A stretch of 755 nucleotides of DNA, taken from NCBI RefSeq assembly GCF_003334385.1, contig NZ_QOWN01000146.1; one strand, given 5' to 3'. This document shows positions 1 to 755 of the stretch, in pieces (the first letter of the stretch is position 1; the number at the start of each line of letters is the position of its first letter). Made by a program: the position numbers and the translations under genes. A model generated the notes under the pieces. It was not told the DNA's origin, ran no database searches, and saw only the letters and a program-made list of their open reading frames with translations. Origin of the DNA: Escherichia coli. GTDB lineage: Bacteria; Pseudomonadota; Gammaproteobacteria; Enterobacterales; Enterobacteriaceae.

Positions 1-167
1 CACCGGGGTTTACCGCGTTAACGGAGCGCGGCGTTGTCCCCTCATGGTCGCTGGTCCGGTGCGATGGTGGAAGAAACCGGACGATGTGTTACCTCGCAAG
101 CTCTGTTATGTCATGTGTCTGATTTGTGATTTAAGTCGGATAATTGTCGTTGCCATTAAACAGAGGA

Positions 168-198
168 TTGATGACCGACAGGGTGGCATTGTTAGAAT
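168..198 (+). promoter_or_regulatory. Candidate sigma70 promoter for the lipoprotein gene: extended -10 TGtTAGAAT (190-198) with a weak -35 TTGATG (168-173)
   Basis: TG at 190-191, one nt, then TAGAAT at 193-198 (5/6 to TATAAT) fits the extended -10 pattern TGnTATAAT. TTGATG at 168-173 matches TTGACA at 4/6 but the spacer is 19 bp, which is suboptimal. The predicted transcription start near 205 would leave a roughly 20-26 nt leader before ATG 225/231. Pattern-based only; other weak -10-like hexamers exist (GATAAT 138-143). Confidence 0.3.
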
Positions 199-210
199 AA
201 GACTTATTCT
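194..210. promoter_or_regulatory. Perfect 17-bp palindrome AGAATAAG-A-CTTATTCT overlapping the candidate -10 and transcription start; possible operator for a dimeric regulator
   Basis: Arms 194-201 (AGAATAAG) and 203-210 (CTTATTCT) are exact reverse complements around a single central A at 202. The element overlaps TAGAAT (193-198) and the predicted start site, the usual position for a repressor operator. The matching regulator is unknown. Confidence 0.3.
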
Positions 211-230
211 TATCTGTGCCGGGAATGAAA

Positions 231-284
231 ATGAAAAGAAATCTTCCGTTAATTATTTTGTTGTCTTCTCTGGTTATGGGCTGT
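231..284 (+). other. Predicted lipoprotein signal peptide and lipobox (signal peptidase II type), ending at the lipidated Cys codon
   Basis: Translated N-terminus M-K-R-N then LPLIILLSSLV then M-G-C. Position -3 is V and -1 is G, matching the lipobox consensus; -2 is M, which is atypical but tolerated. Cys codon TGT is at 282-284. If the start is 225 the peptide gains two residues (MKMKRN...). Confidence 0.6.
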
Positions 285-557
285 ACGCAACATAAAACAG
301 ATATGCCCCGACAGTTGGTTAAGGCATTACCACAATATCCGGCCTATGCAGCGGCAAATTATATAAAGGGACGGGTTGATGTGAAGTTTGATATTGGTGC
401 TGATGGTACTGTCACCCGAATTGAGTTTATCCGTTCAGAGCCGCACCATTTGTTTGATGAGCAGGTTGTAAAGGCGATGGCAAAATGGCGATTTGAGAAG
501 GACAGGCCGTGTAAAGGCGTGAAGAAAACGTTTATCTTTAGTCCTTCTGCACCCTGA
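231..557 (+). CDS. Small lipoprotein with a TonB C-terminal-like domain (stand-alone TonB_C paralogue)
   Basis: Frame is open 216..557 with TGA stop at 555-557. Candidate starts are GTG 216, ATG 225 and ATG 231; ATG 231 is preferred because the GGGA/GGA at 221-224 sits about 6 nt upstream, while 225 and 216 lack a usable Shine-Dalgarno. The N-terminus MKRNLPLIILLSSLVMGC has a basic n-region, a hydrophobic core and a lipobox-like VMGC with Cys at 282-284; Thr at +2 means no Asp inner-membrane retention signal. Residues from PQYPAYAAANYIKGRVDVKFDIGADGTVTRIEFIRSEPHHLFDEQVVKAMAKWRFEKDRPCKGVKKTFIF (about 330..554) align gaplessly by eye to the E. coli TonB C-terminal domain as I recall it, sharing PQYPA, G-V-VKFD, DG-V, AM--WR-E and P--G. 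GC is about 43%. Confidence 0.8.
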   Translation: MKRNLPLIILLSSLVMGCTQHKTDMPRQLVKALPQYPAYAAANYIKGRVDVKFDIGADGTVTRIEFIRSEPHHLFDEQVVKAMAKWRFEKDRPCKGVKKTFIFSPSAP

Positions 558-710
558 TTATTTCATCAGAAATTAATTATCACTCTGTTGTTATTCTGTA
601 CATCCCGGCAGGGTAAGTCTTGTTCCGTCGGATATGAAGATGAAATATTGTTGGAGGACAGTGGGTACCTGCTCCTGTAACCGAACGTTCATTTCTCGTT
701 ATTTTTCATG

Positions 711-745
711 CTGGCCGGGCGCAGATGCGTTGCATCTGTTGCCAG
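711..745. repeat. Compound inverted repeat forming a stem-loop: outer stem CTGGC/GCCAG, inner stem CAGATGC/GCATCTG, 3-nt loop
   Basis: The inner perfect 7-bp stem pairs 722-728 with 732-738 around loop GTT (729-731); a G-U pair at 721/739 could extend it. The outer 5-bp stem pairs 711-715 with 741-745, separated by an asymmetric internal loop (716-721 against 739-740). No U-tract follows on either strand, so it is not a canonical intrinsic terminator. Confidence 0.4.
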
Positions 746-755
746 CCTTCTCCTG

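Noticed and set aside
119-131. Tandem direct repeat TGATTT-g-TGATTT in the leader
   Set aside because: Only two short copies in an AT-rich tract; low-complexity sequence rather than a defined repeat element or iteron array.
125-140. CRP-like half-site TGTGA-N6-TCGGA
   Set aside because: The second half-site matches TCACA at only 3/5; a TGTGA pentamer alone is common in AT-rich DNA.
138-156. Fur-box-like sequence GATAATtgtcgttgccatt, considered because tonB itself is iron/Fur-regulated
   Set aside because: Only one perfect GATAAT hexamer; about 10/19 matches to the GATAATGATAATCATTATC consensus by eye and no inverted second half. Too weak to call.
44-295. The 83-aa ORF from the six-frame track (plus strand; its frame is in fact open from position 2)
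   Set aside because: It overlaps the start of the homology-supported lipoprotein gene by about 70 nt in another frame, runs through the AT-rich promoter region, has no recognisable domain features and no convincing ribosome-binding site. Most likely a spurious open frame.
653-675. Imperfect hairpin GGAG(ga)CAG-tgggtac-CTGCTCC downstream of the lipoprotein gene, considered as its terminator; it also contains a GGAGG Shine-Dalgarno-like motif
   Set aside because: The stem is short and bulged, the nearest T-run is about 25 nt away, and the structure lies inside the open frame from 634. The GGAGG is only 3 nt from the nearest start codon (GTG 661), too close to serve as a ribosome-binding site.
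683-690. 8-bp palindrome GAACGTTC
   Set aside because: Short self-complementary octamers occur by chance; no flanking symmetry or partner motif.
1-755. Minus-strand coding potential, CRISPR repeats, tRNA or rRNA, insertion-sequence ends
   Set aside because: No long minus-strand ORF; the minus frame open at the left edge has no start codon before its stop at 89-91, and minus frames at the right edge all terminate by about 690-708. No repeat-spacer periodicity, no tRNA-like cloverleaf candidates and no terminal inverted repeats flanking the gene were seen.

Overview
This 755-bp window holds one well-supported gene: a small plus-strand lipoprotein (about 109 aa, 231..557, alternative starts at 225 or 216) whose mature part aligns by eye, without gaps, to the C-terminal domain of TonB. 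It carries a lipoprotein signal peptide in place of the TonB membrane anchor and proline-rich spacer, so it looks like a stand-alone, outer-membrane-tethered TonB C-terminal domain. Upstream lies an AT-rich leader with a candidate extended -10 promoter overlapped by a perfect 17-bp palindrome. The first ~100 bp are much more GC-rich (about 61%) and may include the 3' end of an upstream gene. Downstream of the lipoprotein gene a plus-strand frame opens at 634 and runs off the window edge, and there is a compound stem-loop at 711..745. No RNA genes, CRISPR arrays or mobile-element hallmarks are visible. All homology statements are by-eye comparisons from memory, not database searches.
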